The notes under the pieces were generated by a model. It worked only from the letters and a program-made list of their open reading frames with translations. It ran no database searches and had not been told where the DNA came from. 64,000 bases of DNA from Torpedo marmorata. Its lineage: Eukaryota. The translations under genes and the position numbers were made by a program. Below, piece after piece: positions 9,669 to 24,024 of this stretch; positions within the stretch are counted from its first letter, which is position 1, and the number at the start of each line of letters is the position of its first letter. Location: the NCBI GenBank assembly GCA_977017645.1, contig OZ360233.1, positions 21,328,001-21,392,000 of the forward strand, read 5' to 3'.

Positions 9669-12600
9669 AAACAGCATATAATATCAAGGAAATTTATTTT
9701 AAAAATAGTTCATGGGAGTAACTTAGTACGTAACGGTGAAACGATCTCTGAGATGTGCCAAAAAAGTAAAGGCATGTGTTGGTCCTTCATTGACGGTGAT
9801 GAGAGCATTTATAACAGGGAACAAGGCAATGGCAGAGGAATTCTAGTCTGCTTATGGAAGAGTATTTATGAACTAAATCTCGAAGAGATTAAGGAGAACC
9901 AATAGTCCAATTCTCAAGGGAGTGTATAAAAAAGTAATATTAATGAGGAAAAATCTGATACACAAATGAGCCTCAAAAGGATGAACACAAGCGGGATACA
10001 GTTTTGAAATATATAGCGATCAAGAGTGCCTGCCCAGCTTGGAGTCATTGAGTGATAGAGTTTTACAAACGGAAATAGGTTCAATTTATTCATGCCGGCC
10101 AAGTTGTCTACCTGAGCTTGTCCTATTTGCATACGATTGGCCCACTCTGAACAATTCATATCCATGTGTCTGTCGAAACATTTCTTTTTAAATAGTGTAT
10201 TTGTACCCGCCCGTATATCTACCGCCCACTGAGTGAAAACGGTGCTGCTCGGGACTCATCTAATTGTCCCCTTTCGAATTACCGGCGCACTCTGGAGTTA
10301 GTATTTGTCCCGATTTGACAAAAATACTCTGAGTATATAGCTTACCTACGCATTATTTTAAATACCTCATGAAGGTCAGTCCTCATAATCTTACAAAATT
10401 GTATAGCTCGAAGATTTGAGAACATCGAATGTGACCTACATGACTTTCGGTAGGAGGATGAGAGAAAATATTAAATTCCTGATAGTTAACCTGACATCCG
10501 TGATTGTTAAGATGTTGGAATGCATAACAGAACACGTGATATTAAGCTATTAATACTCGATTGAGCAGAGTCAATTCAAACTTCAAAATGTAATTAAAGT
10601 TTGACTAATACGTTTTTGAGCATCTATCCCGTAGAATCCTTGAATGGTTAGAGGCAGTTCAGCCCATCAGATCCGTCGCAGCTGCTGAGCAGAGCAACCT
10701 GCACCCTTCTTGCAAACTTGGATATTTTTCCCCACCATATATTAATTGGATATGAATGCAACATTTACGCTACAAGACCAAGTGCACGGGCGTTGTTAAC
10801 CAACAGTTAATTCAAGAGTCTGATAGCAGCAGGAAATTAACTGTATTTAAATATGAAATTCATGTTTTCAATCTCATATGTCTTCTACTCAACGGAAGGG
10901 GAGAACATAGTGTGACCGAGAGGAGCTGGACCCTGTCACATTTTGGCAACTTTCCATTGGTGGCCGGGGTAGAAACGAAGTCGGTGGACGGAATGTTAGT
11001 TTGCGTACTGGCCTGAGCAATACTACTTGCAAATCCCTGCCCAAATCCTAAATGAGTGCCTCTATTTTCGGAGATAAAGAACTCTGGAATTCTGGACGAT
11101 ATCTTGAGAGGAAACCTCCTCTTAGTCTTTACACTGTCCAGTCCCAGAATCAATTATTATTTTGTTCAATAAGATCCACAGGTATTATTTCAAACACCAA
11201 TGATATGAGTTCGGCATTGATTAACGATTTCTACTGAACAATCCCCAAACTCTTTCCATCGAAGTAGTTTAATTCCCTGAACAAGGGAACTGATTTGATT
11301 ATACTACGCCACATTTGGTCTCACTGCTACCTTGCACAGTTGCAGTAAGATATACCTTATTTTATACTTGAGTATCTTTGAAGGAAGCGTAACATTCCAT
11401 TGTCCTTCCATATGACCGGTGCACATGCAAACTTGTTCTGTGTTAAATGCGCAAGGCCCCTCAAATCCCCCTCTGTGCCCGTTTTCGTTACAGTTCCTGA
11501 GTTGTGACATGCAGGTGGCGGAAAAATCCATGTGATATCAAGAGGTCCGTAACTCGCCACGAGATACCCATCCTCTTACCCATTCCTGTACCCGCATCAT
11601 TTACGTGGCTGAGTCAGTGTATAGCGACGATTATCATATGAGCGGTCGCAGTGCTTGTTAGAGAAAGCATTACAGCAGGATAGATTGGAGGGCTCGTCCA
11701 GTGAGGCTATTTGGGTGGAATTGAGGAATGGGAAAGCCAGGAAAACACTAATGGGAGTGTATTATAGACCACCGAATGGGCAGAGGGAATTAGAGGAGGA
11801 ACTTTGTAAGGAGATAGAATATATGTGTAATAAGCAAAAGGTGGTGATTATAGGTGATTTTAACTTTCCACATATTGACTGGGACGCCCATACTGTAATA
11901 GGGCAGGATGGGTTGGAGTTTATCAAATGTGTTCAGGAAAGTTTTCTCAATCAATACATAGAAGAACTGACGAGAGAGGGGGCAGTATTGTATCTCGTAT
12001 TTGGGAACGAGATAGGTCAGGTGACAGAGGTTTGTGTTGGGAAACACTTTGGGTCTAGTGATCATAATCCCATTAGTTTTAGGTTGATAATGGAGAAGAA
12101 TAGGGCTGGGCCTAAGGTTGAGATTCTTGATTGGAAGAGGCAGATTTTGAGGAGGTGAGGAAGGATTTAGAGGGTGTGGATTGGGATAATTTATTTTTAG
12201 GAAAGGATGTCAAAGATAAATGGAGGATATTCAAAGGCGAAATATTGATAGTACAGAGTCGGTTCGTCCCTGTGATGATTAAAGGAAGAGTTAGAAAATA
12301 TAGGGAGCCTTGGTTTTCAAAGGATATTGGGAATTTGGTTTGGAGGAAGAGGGATGTGTACAACAGGTATAGACAGCAGGGAATAGATGAGGTCCTTGAG
12401 AAATATAAGGAGTGTAAACAAAATCATAATAAAGAAATTAGAAAGGCTAAAAGGAGATATGAGGCTGCTTTGGCAGGCAAGGTAAAAATAAATCCAAAGG
12501 GTTTCTACAGGTACATTAAAAGCAAAAGAATAGTGAGGGATAAAATTGGGCCCATTGAGGATCAGACGGGTAGGCTATGTGAGAAGTCAAAGGAGATGGG

Positions 12601-12996
12601 GGAGATTTTAAATGAATCCTTTTCTTCAGTACTGACAAAGGAAAGGAATATTGAGCCAGGTGAAGTAAGGCAATCTGGCAGGGAGGTCATGGATAATAAA
12701 AAGATTAATAAGGAGGTCGTATTGGCTATTTTAAAGAGTATAAAGGTGGATAAATCTCCAGGTCCCGACAGGATATTCCCGAGGACCCTGAGGGAGGTTA
12801 GTGTACAAATAGTGGGGGCACTGACAGAAATATTTAAAATGTCACTGGCCACGGGGGAGGTTCCGGAGGATTGGAGGGTAGTTCATGTTGTCCCGCTGTT
12901 AAAGAAGGGCTCCAAAAGTAAACGTGGAAATTATAGGCCTGTGAGTCTGACATCAGTGTTGGGTAAATTAATGAAGAGTGTTCTTAGAGATGGTGT

Positions 12997-15900
12997 TGTT
13001 ACAAAGTCAAAGCAGCAACGACAGAAGGCGCAATGCAAAAGGGGTAAAATTGAAATTTATATTTATTAAAGACAATTAAACATATAATTTCACAACAATT
13101 AACCCTACTATAAACGTCTATAAATACTATTCTTATCTAAAAGATGTGTGTGTGTGTAAAGCTCAGACCATTACAGTCTGTGCCCAACACTTATGTAAAA
13201 ATGGAAAAACTTTCCCCAAAAACCCCAGGTCAGTCATAAAAACAAGTCAGTCAAAAAAAGAATAATACAGTCCACAGAAATTCACTCTCTAAGTTCCGGT
13301 TTCAAATTCAGCTCTGTGTGCTGGTAGAAGTACTTCTGAATGAACGTTGGAGAGAGACAATGACTGTTTATGCTTACAAATACTTGGCTTGTTTTTCTTC
13401 TCTGATGACGTTCCCTTCTTGTGTTTTCATAAGGATAGCGAATTCAGATCAGTATACCACTGATTGAGGCGTGTGCTTGGATCTCACAGCTGGTCTCGCT
13501 GATCTCACGCCTGTTCTCTACAAAAGTTGCTTTTAACTCAGGATTTCTCTGAGACAGGAGGCCTGGTGCTATTCTTCCAGCCTTTTCTCTGGGATGCACA
13601 AGCCTGGATTTGGCTGTGTTCTCTAGCCTTTGCAACTCCAAACTGCCTGCTTTTTGCAGAGGTCTGCACCTGCATATTTTGGTATATTTTCCACATCCTG
13701 TCTCTCTCTGCTCTCTCTCTCTCTCTCTCTGGGTACACCAAGTCCTGGGCAAGTTAACTCTTTCAGTACCTGGTCCCAGTGTGTACTCCAAAAGACTTCA
13801 TCCTTCCTGCTGACTGTCCGCAGTCCAAATGGTCAGTCATGGTACATAACACCTCCCACCCACAAAGAAATTTTTAGACTGCAAGAACAAAATTTTGGAA
13901 AGTAATTGAGGTGTCACAATATAAACAAAATCTACAATGTTCATCCACAAATACAAAATATGAACTTTTTCATTCATAAAGTTTAACATCTAGAAAGACA
14001 ATCAGCAATTACATTATCTTTCCCTTTTATATGTGTTATTACCAAATCATATTCTTGCAAAATTAGACTCCAATTCAACAACCTTGGATTCTTATTTTTC
14101 ATTTTACAAAGAAAAACCAATGGATTATGGTCAGTATACACTATGAGTGGTTTTTGAGCTGTACAGATAGACACATCAAAGTGTTGTAGAGCCAACACAA
14201 GAGCCAACAACTCTTTTTCTATGGTTGAATAATTCCTTTGATGATCATTGACCTTCTTCGAGAAGTAGGATACCGGATGGTCAATGTCCTCTTCGTTCTT
14301 CTTCTGTAACAGCACCACACCCACAGCTTCATCGCTCGCATCCACGGCTAAAGAAAACGGCTGTTCTAAATTAGGTGACGTAAGCACAGGTTGGTGGCAA
14401 AACATGGCTTTCAATTTGACAAATGCTTCCTGACAACCTGTCGACCATACAAATTTTTCTTTCTTTCTAAGCAAATTTGTGAGAGGGAGCGCAAGATCAG
14501 CAAAGTTTTTACAGAACTTGCGGTAGTAGCCAATCATTCCCAGGAACCTCCTCAGAGTTTTCTTACCAGTTGGAACAGGGAACTCAGAAATAGTCACAAC
14601 CTTTGCCTCTACTGGCGCCAACTTCCCCGGTCCTACAACATAACCCCGAGAATTAACAGTCCCATGACCCTCTCTGAAACTGGTTTTATCTGTCTTTTCC
14701 TTACACCTGTCAATGCCCAGTACCTCTGGTAAATGTTCAGTCTCTTTGTGCGGCACATATTCAAAATATGACTTAATCATATTCACATGACAGACCTGTG
14801 TGTCTCGTCTGCGATGTCATGTTTCTATGACATAGGTGACATCATTAGTTTTTGACTTAACTCTATAGGGCCCTGAAAATCTAGGCCTAAGATGATTTGA
14901 ATGGATGGGAAACAGAACTAATACGTTCTCACCAGGTTTAAAAGTTCTCATCTTAGCCTTTCGATCATACCAAACCTTCATTCTCTGTTGAGTAGCCTTT
15001 AAATTCTCCTTTGCCATCTCACAGCCCTATTCAACCGATCATTAAATTTGGAAACATAATCTAACAGATTTAAATGCACATCACGATTAATCCACTGTTC
15101 TTTTAATAACCTTAAAGGACCTCAAACCTCATGTCCGAAAACTAACTCGAATGGACTAAAACCAAGTGATTCTTGGACAGACTCCCTTGCTGCAAATAAT
15201 AACAAATGAACCCCCTCATCCCAATCCTTTTCCTTTTCACAACAATAGGTTCTCATCATGTTTTTCAAAGTCGAATGAAACCTCTCCAAGGCCCCTTGAC
15301 TTTCTGGATGGTACGCAGAGGATAAAATCTGTTTAACTCCCAGTCCATCAACCACTTGTTGGAAAACGCCTGACATTAAATTACTGCCCTGATCTGATTG
15401 AATTTCCCTTGGCAAACCTACCAAGGTGAAAATCGTTACCATAGCCTTTACAATTGACATTTCTTTAATGTTTCTCAGAGGAATGGCCTCTGGCAATCTG
15501 GTGGCTGCACACATAATTGTTACCAAATACCCATTCCCCGCTTTGGTTTTGGACAATGGGCCAACACAGTCCACAATTACTCTCGAGAAATGCTCACTTA
15601 AAGCAGGGATAGGTTGCAAGGGTGCCACCGGGGGACCCTGTTCAGGTTTACCCCCCACCTGACAAGTGTGACAGGTCCGGCAAAAGCTTACAACCTCCCT
15701 TCTCAAACTGGGCCAATAAAACTGTTTCATTATCTTCCTTATAGTTTTCTTCACCCCAAGGTGCCCACCTAAGGGTATACTATGAGCCAAAGTTATTATT
15801 TCATCCCTATATACTTTAGGCATCACAACCTGCTGCACTACTGCCCATTCTTCATTGACAGGAACATCACATGGTCTTCACTTTCTCATCAACACCCCAT

Positions 15901-18720
15901 CTTTTTCATAATCACACACTGGCACCTTTTTAATATCCTCTTCAGAGAGAACCTTATCCCTCACCTCAGCAAGATCAGGATCGTCCTTTTGTCTTGCTAT
16001 CAACTCCTGTCGGGATAATGACAAATCTGTGCCTTTAGGTGTCTTATCAGGTTTTCTTGATTATCACTCCCTTTTTCTTTCACCAAGTTATTTTCCTCTG
16101 CTTTTTCTACAGTGACATTTTTCTTAGACATGGCCCTGGTTATGGCACATGCCGGATAAATATCAGAGTCTTTCTCTGACTTATCAGTGACTGGCTTAGT
16201 GGTCATTCGCACTGCAAGAACTACTTTTCCCTTGGCCAAGTCATTGCCTAGCAACAGTGAGACTCCTTCTACTGGCAACTCTGATCTCACAGGTCCTTCC
16301 ACCAAATCTGAGTTCAATACTATTTTGTGCAAAGGAATGGACTCAACATCACCACCAATTCCTTTAATTAAATTTATGTCACCAGTGTCAGTAGCTTCAC
16401 AAAATTCCAAGACACTATCTAACACAAGTGACTGAGCAGCTGCAGTATCTCGCAAGATTTTCACTGGAACTTATTTTGATCCTGCCTTAACTGAAGCAAA
16501 ACCATCAGTCACAAAAGGTTTAAATACATCTTTAACTTTGTCAGTAAATTTATCTCCTTCCTGGGTGTTATGCCTCTTCTCACTCTGAATACAAGCATTA
16601 GGTGTTGCATCCTTTTCTCTCTTTTTTATCAACACGGGACAGCTTGCTATCATATGACCAGCCTTCCTACAGTAGTGGCAAATGGGACCCGAATGGTTTT
16701 CCCTTTTCCACTTTCCTTCATCCCTTTCCTTAACACCACTTCCAAATTTACTTTCCACTTGCTTCTGATTATCCATAGTAAACTTTTGGAAAATTCTACC
16801 TGACGTCCACTTAGGCTTGTGGGTTAAAGCATATTCATCTGCTAACGTAGCTGCATTTTGCCACGTTTTCACCTCCTTTTCATCTAAGTATGCCTTAATA
16901 TCCTCAGGAACACACCTTTTTATCTCCTCGATTATTATCAATTCTCTCAATTGATTGTAATCATTGTTTGCTGCCTTAGATGTGCACCACCTTTCAAAAC
17001 ACACAACTTTTTCATAGGCAAACTCTGTTTAAGATTGGGATACTGATCTTTTTAAATTTCTAAACTTCTGTCCATAAGCCTCTGGAACTAACTCATAAGC
17101 CTGGAGTATAGCCTTTTTCACCGTTTCATAATCAGCAGCTTGCTCTGTGGTAAGAGTAGAATAAGCTTGCTGAGCTTTGCCTTTTATTACACTTTGTAAC
17201 ATAAGAGACCATTGGTCTTGTGGCCATTTTAATTTCACAGCCACCTTCTCAAAATGTTGGAAGTACTTATCTATTTCTGCCTCCTCAAATGGAGGAACCA
17301 ACCTAACTTCTCTACTAACCAAAAACCCCTCGGCGGGATGACGAATTTGATCTTGGTGCTCTTCTTTTCTCACCTAATTTTCCAACTTTATCTTTACCTG
17401 CATATATCTCCTATTTCTCTCATCGTTCTCGTGTCTCTTTAGTTCCAATTCCGTGTCTAATTTCTTTTGTTCCAATTCCAATTTCTTTTTTTCCCTGTCT
17501 TACTCCAATTCTAATTCCTTTGTTCCCTGTCTGACTCCAATTCTAATTTCTTTTATACCCTGGCAGCCTACAATTCCAATTTCCTTTGTTCCAATTCCCT
17601 GTTATTTTGTTCCAATTCCAATTTCTTTATTTCCAACTGTATGTTTTCTGAAGGTTTACCCTTGGGAAACTGCTGTAACACGCTCTCCTCAAACGTTTTT
17701 TCTTTTATTTAGTATTTGACAATTTTTCTCCCAATCTTTGCCTTTTTCATAGATGGTTTTACAGAAGCAATGCCCAGCTCTGTTGCTATAGCCACTAACT
17801 GTTCCTTTTTTGCCTTTTTTAAAGTATCAGGTTCAGGTGATTCCAACAAATGTTCTACATCCATTGTTGCTGGTTTTTCGTAACACGCACACTTGCTTCT
17901 AATTTAGCTTTGCAAAAGGAATGTCTTAAACCAAACTGGGATTCTTTCAATTACCAAGATGGATTTTGATTCAAATCCCGGACGAGCAGCCCATTGTGTT
18001 ACAAAATCAAACCAGCAACGACAGAAGACGCAATGCAAAAGCGGTAAAGTTGAAATTTATATTTATTAAAGACAATTAAACATGTAATTTCACAACAAAT
18101 AACCCCACTATAAACGTCTATAAACACTATTCTTATCTAAAAGGTGTGTGTGTGTGTGTAAAGCCCAGACCATTATAGTCTGTGCCCAACCCTTATGTAA
18201 AAATGGAAAAACTTTCCCCAAAAACCCAAGGTCTGTCATAAAAACAAGTCAGTCAAAAAAAGAATAATACAGTCCACAGAAATTCACTCTCTAAGTTCCG
18301 GTTTCAAATTCAGCTCTGTGTGCTGGTAGAAGTACTTCTGAATGAACGTTGGAGAGAGACAATGACTGTTTATGCTTACAAATACTTGGCTTGTTTTTCT
18401 TCTCTGATGACGTTCCCTTCTTGTGTTTTCATAAGGATTGCGAATTCAGATCAGTATACCAATGATTGAGGCGTGGATCTCACAGCTGGTCTCGCTGGTC
18501 TCACGCCTGTTCTCCACAAAAGTTGCTTTTAACTCAGGATTTCTCTGAGACAGGAGGCCATGTGCTATTCTTCCAGATTTTTTTCTCTGGGATGCACAAG
18601 CCTGGATTTGGCAGTGTTCTCTCGCCTTTGCAATTCCCAACTGCTTGCTTTTTGCAGAGGTCTGCACCTGCTTTTGCAAAAGTGCAAAAAAGTATCTTTT
18701 CCACAGCCTGTCTCTCTCTG

Positions 18721-18754
<34 letters not shown>

Positions 18755-18875
18755 GGGTACACCAAGTCCTGAGAAAGTTAACTCTTTCAGTACCTGGTCC
18801 CAGTGTGTATTCGAAAAGACTTCATCCTTCCTGCTGACCGTCCACAGTCCAAATGGTCAGTCATGGTCCATAACA
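12997..18875 (-). mobile_element. Gypsy (Gmr1-like) LTR retrotransposon, copy 1, non-autonomous
   Basis: TG…CA LTRs 12997-13851 and 17997-18875; tRNA-Pro-like PBS 17973-17993; PPT 13852-13861; gag/CCHC/protease/integrase/RNase H fragments; flanks GTGT and CTAT are not a perfect TSD. Confidence 0.93.
13983..17864 (-). pseudogene. Disrupted gag-pol of Gypsy copy 1
   Basis: SCAN-like gag, CHYCRKAGHMIASC knuckle, ILRDTAAAQSL protease, HHCC+DDE integrase, GPY module, RT thumb and RNase H (LAVDASD…EKELLA…YTDH…NVIADCLSR); several stops and frameshifts. Confidence 0.85.
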
Positions 18876-21800
18876 CTATACAGTTATTTGGAAAGACAAG
18901 CATTGATTAGGAGCAGTCAACACGGTTTTGTTCGTGGTAGATCATGTTTAACAAATCTCATAGAGTTTTTCGATTAGGTTACTAAGAGGGTTGACGAGGG
19001 GAAGGCTGAGGATGTTGTCTATATGGACTTTAGTAAGGCATTTGACAAGGTTCCGTATAAGATGCTCGTTAGGAAGGTTCACGCATTAGGTATGAACGAC
19101 GAAGTAGTGAAATGGATTCAACAATGGTTGGATAGGAGATGCCAGAGAGTAGTGGTGGAAAATTGTTTGTAAAATTGGAGGCCGGCGACTAGTGGAGTGG
19201 CTCATGGATCGGTACTGGGTCCATTGTTGTTTGTCATATATATTAATGATCTAGATGATAGGGAGGTAAATTGGATTAGTAAGTATGCAGATGATACGAA
19301 GATTGGTGGTGTTGTGGACAGTGAAGAAGGATATCAAAGCTTGCAGGGGGGTATTGGACAGTTAGAAGAGTGGGCGGAAACATGGCAGATGGAATTTAAT
19401 ACTGATAAATGTGAGGTGCTACATTTTGGTAGGATTAATCAGCAAATGGAAGACAATTGAGAAGTGCAGTAGAACAGAGGGATTTAGGAATACTGGTACA
19501 TAATTCCCTGAAAGTTGAGTCACACGTAGGGTGGTGAAGAACGCATTTGGTATGTTGGCCTTCATAAATCAGAGTATTGAATATAGGAGTTGGGATGTCA
19601 TGTTGAAGTTGTATAAGGCATTGGTGAGACCAAATTTGGAATATTGTGTGCAGTTTTGTTCGCCGAATTACAGGAAGGATATAAACAGAATAGAGAGAGT
19701 GCAGAGGAGATTTACAAGAATGTTGCCTGGGTTTCTGGGTTTGAGTTATAGGGAAAGGTTGAACAGGCTGGGACTTTATTACCTGGAGCGTAGAAGGTTG
19801 AGGGGTGATTTGATAGAGGTATTTAAAATTATGAAGGGGAAATATAGAGTCAATGTGGACAGGCTTTTTGCATTGAGAGAGGGGAAGATTCAAACAAGAG
19901 GGCATGGATTGTGATTGAAGGGGGAAAAGTTTAGAGGAAACATGAGGGGGAATTTCTTCACTCAGAGGGTGGTAGGAGGGTGGAACGAGCTTCCGGCCGA
20001 AGTGGTAGATGCAGGTTCAATTTTAATGTTTAAGGAAAAGTTGGATAGATATATGGATGAGTGAGGTGTGGAGGGTTATGGGCCGGGTGCGGGTCAGTGG
20101 GACTAGGTGGGAGAATGTGTTCGGCATGGACTCGAAGGGCCGAACTGGCCTGTTTCTGTGCTGTAAGTGTTATATGGTTATATGAGAGAAAATGCAGCAA
20201 AATTTCCTTGTGACCCTAAATTAGTTGGAAATGTGAGTAGTCATGTGAAATAAGATTCTTTGGGAAACCACGAGGCAAGTTGAAAACAACGTGGAAATCT
20301 GTGAAGTTATAGACTTGGGTAGAATCAAAATTGGGAAGTCTGTGCATTGGTTTGTGGCTCAAGTTGCTAATGTTCCAAAAGTTCTGGCCCCGCTCAAATA
20401 TGAGTCAATAAAGACAAAATGTCCTTGCAGCAATTTGGGGAGGCGTGAAAGTTTAAAAATCCGCAGAGGCTGGAAATCCAAAATAAAACAATAAATTTTG
20501 GAAATAATCAGCGGGTCCCGTCAGTGGGAAAATAAACAGACTTAACCTTTCAGATCAAATTCCTTTTGTCAGAAACGATAAAGAGAAGATAGAAGCTGCA
20601 TAAGCTGAAACAAATCCCGGGTGGCAGGAAAGTACCTTATAGATTGAAACCAAAGTGACCATGGGGATGATCTGTAAGCAAAGGTTACCGGTCAGAGTGT
20701 AAATGGGAGCCGTTTAAGAATTAGGAGGTCACGTTCTGTTCTCTTTCTGCTGTAAGATTTGAATTCAACATAAAATAAATTTGGCAAATTAAATAGACCG
20801 TATCACGATAACGCTGGAGTTACTGTGAGCAACTTCAGGCTCCTTTTCATTTTTAAACAAAACGCATGCACTTTCTTGAGGTACCCGCGGCGTGGATCAT
20901 TCCACTGGTTTCTATCGTGACGCTTCTGCAGTGAAAAGCAGGATTTATTAAGTTACGCACATATTCCTGGAATTCAAGAGAGTGATATCTAATCTATTTG
21001 ATACATCGGGTTTTCTTTGAAGGGTCGACAGAAAAAATGGAGGAAGATGTTCGAAACAGGGGCACGGCTAGTAGGACTGTTTCCTCGTAGTTTCAGCGAC
21101 CCAGGTTCGATCCTGACTTCCGGTGTTGACTGTGTGATGTTTGCACGTTCTCAAGGTGACCACGTGCAACTCCTCCGAGTGATTCCCTTCCTCCCACATC
21201 CAAAAGGCGTGCGAATTGATAAATTAATTCGACACTCTAAATTTCCCCAATTGCGATGAATCGTAAAATGAGGAAGCAGTTGAAACTATGGAGAAAAGAC
21301 AAAAGGATGAGTGGAAATATTTGCTTAATGGTCGGCACGGATGGAGTGACCAGAAAGCCTGTATTCCCCTTCTAAACACCAGATTAAATCATATAATTAT
21401 TCTTTTGTTTTAATTACATACGCTCATTCGCCCTCTCACCTTAGAATCAATTAAAACTGGTTTGTTCATTTATCAGAATTCGGACAGTCAAGATCGTTTC
21501 CCCAACATGAAGGTATCACACAGTGAAGGACACGTCTGCAAGAGAGGGGAAGAATGTTTAAGGGAAATGTGCGGAGCAAATATTTTGCAGAGACAGTGGC
21601 GGTTGCCAACAAATAGAACTGGTGGTGGAAGCAGATACAGTAGCACGATTCAAGAGTCTTCGAGGTAGACACATCAATTTGAATGGGATGGAGGGGCATA
21701 CACCATGTGCAAGCAACAGTTTCAGTTCACTTTGGGCATAGTGTTCAGCACAGAAACGTGAACAGTACCGCAGCAACTGCTCTTTTTTTCTATATATTCA

Positions 21801-22307
21801 ATGCACCTGATTTGGTTCCGGGTCCATTAGCACTTGAATTAAACAAAAACAGACTATTAATCCTAAAAGTGACTTCTTTACATTGAAATTAAAATTCCAG
21901 AGCAAAGGATGAAATCCTAAGGAAACGGTTAGGTTACGTGTGGATGAAATGAAGAGAGATTTATTCAACCAACGAAAACTGACCTTGTGACATTTTTTCC
22001 CACAGAACGCCGTTGACGCGAATTCATTTGAAGTATTCAACAAGGAGTTCTATATAAAACCTCTGAGATTAAAGAGATTAAGTTATATTGGGTGGAAGAA
22101 GAAAAGGAGGAGAGATTGTAGGAAAACCTGTTGCGAACGTATTAAAAATGGAGAAAGCTAGAAGCGGTGAAAGCCGTACTCCTGTCCCAATGTCTATTTT
22201 TCTATTTTTATGGCAGGTGTACCTATCCATCCCGGCTTTATCTGTCACAACTGACTGCTATTGACTGATTCTAATCTATTTTCATCTTCTTTCTCTATAC
22301 ATTTTAG

Positions 22308-22622
22308 AGGTTAAACTACCAAAACCCCCACAATTATCACTCTTTTACCCGCCCGTGCCTCAGGCTGTGAGAACCCCAAAGTCCAAAACGCCAGCGGTGT
22401 GTCTGCTCTCTGAGTTTTACCCCAAATTGATTGAAGTCTTCATGGCTTCAAACGAAACAATCAACGTCACGACTCCAAGTGTTCTGACAGAAAACGGATA
22501 TTATAGAAGTTCCGGTTACATTCAGTTCCTAGATGATCAAGTCCTGGATAACATCACGTGTACCGCAAAACATATCGGCGAAGAGTTCATTTCTAGTGTC
22601 CCAGTGCTGAAACATGTACCAG
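22308..22622 (+). CDS. TRDC: T-cell receptor delta constant region exon 1 (Ig C1-type domain)
   Basis: Polypyrimidine tract + TTTTAG acceptor, phase 1 matching the J ends; VKLPKPPQLSLFYPP…AVCLLSEFYPKLIEVF…ENGYY…NITCTAKH…; resembles mammalian C-delta VACLVKEFYPKDI…GKY…VTCSVQH; GTGAG donor at 22623. Confidence 0.88.
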
Positions 22623-23227
22623 GTGAGCATTGAGAATTATGGGTGAAATAATCAATCTTCCACACATCTCCTTCTGTTGGGAAGGAGTTTTGCAAGTAAA
22701 GAAGTACTGAATATTTTCTGGGTAAACACGGTTCAAGTACAAGGCAACCAGGCACACATTTGTATACAACGTGATCCCACAAACAACAAAGCGATCGTAA
22801 GTGGATAATGATTTGGGATGAGAGATATTGTCCAGGACGTGACATGAATGTTTTTATAAACATTGTCAAGATGTTGGATCCCCATATGGGTGGACGGGAG
22901 CTTGGATTTAACCTCTCATCAAAACATCAGCATCACTGCAAGAGCAGTGCTTCCAACGTGCTGACTTGTCAACTGCGAAATAAATACTTGAGCCTCTGGT
23001 ATCAGAGTTAAGCATCAGCTCCCCTGCCAGTACGGGTTAAATGAGCCACAGCTACCATAATCACCTTTGATTGATCCCAATCATACCAGGATAAACGAAA
23101 GCGTGCCTGGCGTAATGCTGCCATGATGTGCGCAGGCAGTTGTTGGAGTGGGAATGCTGTTTTAATGTCAGTAATGGAAAGGATGTCGTAGAAATTGAAT
23201 CATAATGTATTTATTTCACTTTTGCAG

Positions 23228-23284
23228 ACACTGTAGAAGAGCGTATCTGCGAAACGGATAAAATCAGCAATCAGACTGCATCAG
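23228..23284 (+). CDS. TRDC: TCR delta constant exon 2 (connecting peptide with interchain Cys)
   Basis: TTTTGCAG acceptor, 57 bp, phase 1-1, (D)TVEERICETDKISNQTAS, GTAAT donor at 23285. Confidence 0.82.
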
Positions 23285-24024
23285 GTAATCATTTTATATC
23301 GGGAGAATGCGAAACCGTGAGATCCACTCAAACAATAGAAGCAAAATGTATCATGCCCAGGTGAACAAAGTAATGGATGGGTCCATTGACAAACAGACAG
23401 TGGAGGAAAATAATTTAATTTTACAAAAGGTATATTTGATTATTTGATTTTTCATTGGTATCAAAGTGTATGACACAAACTGTTGGTTGCAAGACGAAAT
23501 GGAGCCAGCGCAAAATGCGGCAATGTTCTGAGCTCATGCAGAACCTCAAGGTCAGATAGGATTAAAAGCATCTTTTTGCAAAGAGGTTATGTCTTGTTAG
23601 GAGTTAATTACCGAGGTAAAAGGTTGCGAGAGATTAGAAGGTACAAGAGATTACCGTAGGAAAAATATTGAACTGGACGTTTTCAATAGTACAAAATTGG
23701 GCTGCTCCTTTGTGTTGTTGGAATTTCTTATGCGAGACCCAGGACAAGTGCTAAGAAGCAGGATTTCCACGAAAGACAGAGACACAGAGACAGAGAAGGG
23801 GTGTCAGAGACAAGGCTATCCAACACCTCGGTTTCCAATCAGTATTAAATTAGTGATTTATAACCTCGATATTTTCCTTCTGCTTCTTAGTAAAGTATTT
23901 TATATACACTCTATATAACCACAATAACGTTTATTAACATGTGCATAGTCCTCACCTATTTACGAATACATCTTGCTGCTGTATTAGGAAAGAAGTGGGA
24001 ATGAATTTGAAATATTTTTGATAG

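Larger units (their letters stand above)
11655..20183 (+). mobile_element. Long CR1 LINE (endonuclease + RT, frameshifted) split by the Gypsy insertion at 12997-18875
   Basis: GVYYRPP, IGDFNFP, SDHN (APE endonuclease); KSPGPD, PEDWR…NYRPVSLTS; resumes at 18876 with YSYLERQALIRSSQHGFV, YADDTK; 3' tail ttatatgg repeats at ~20170-20183. Confidence 0.9.
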
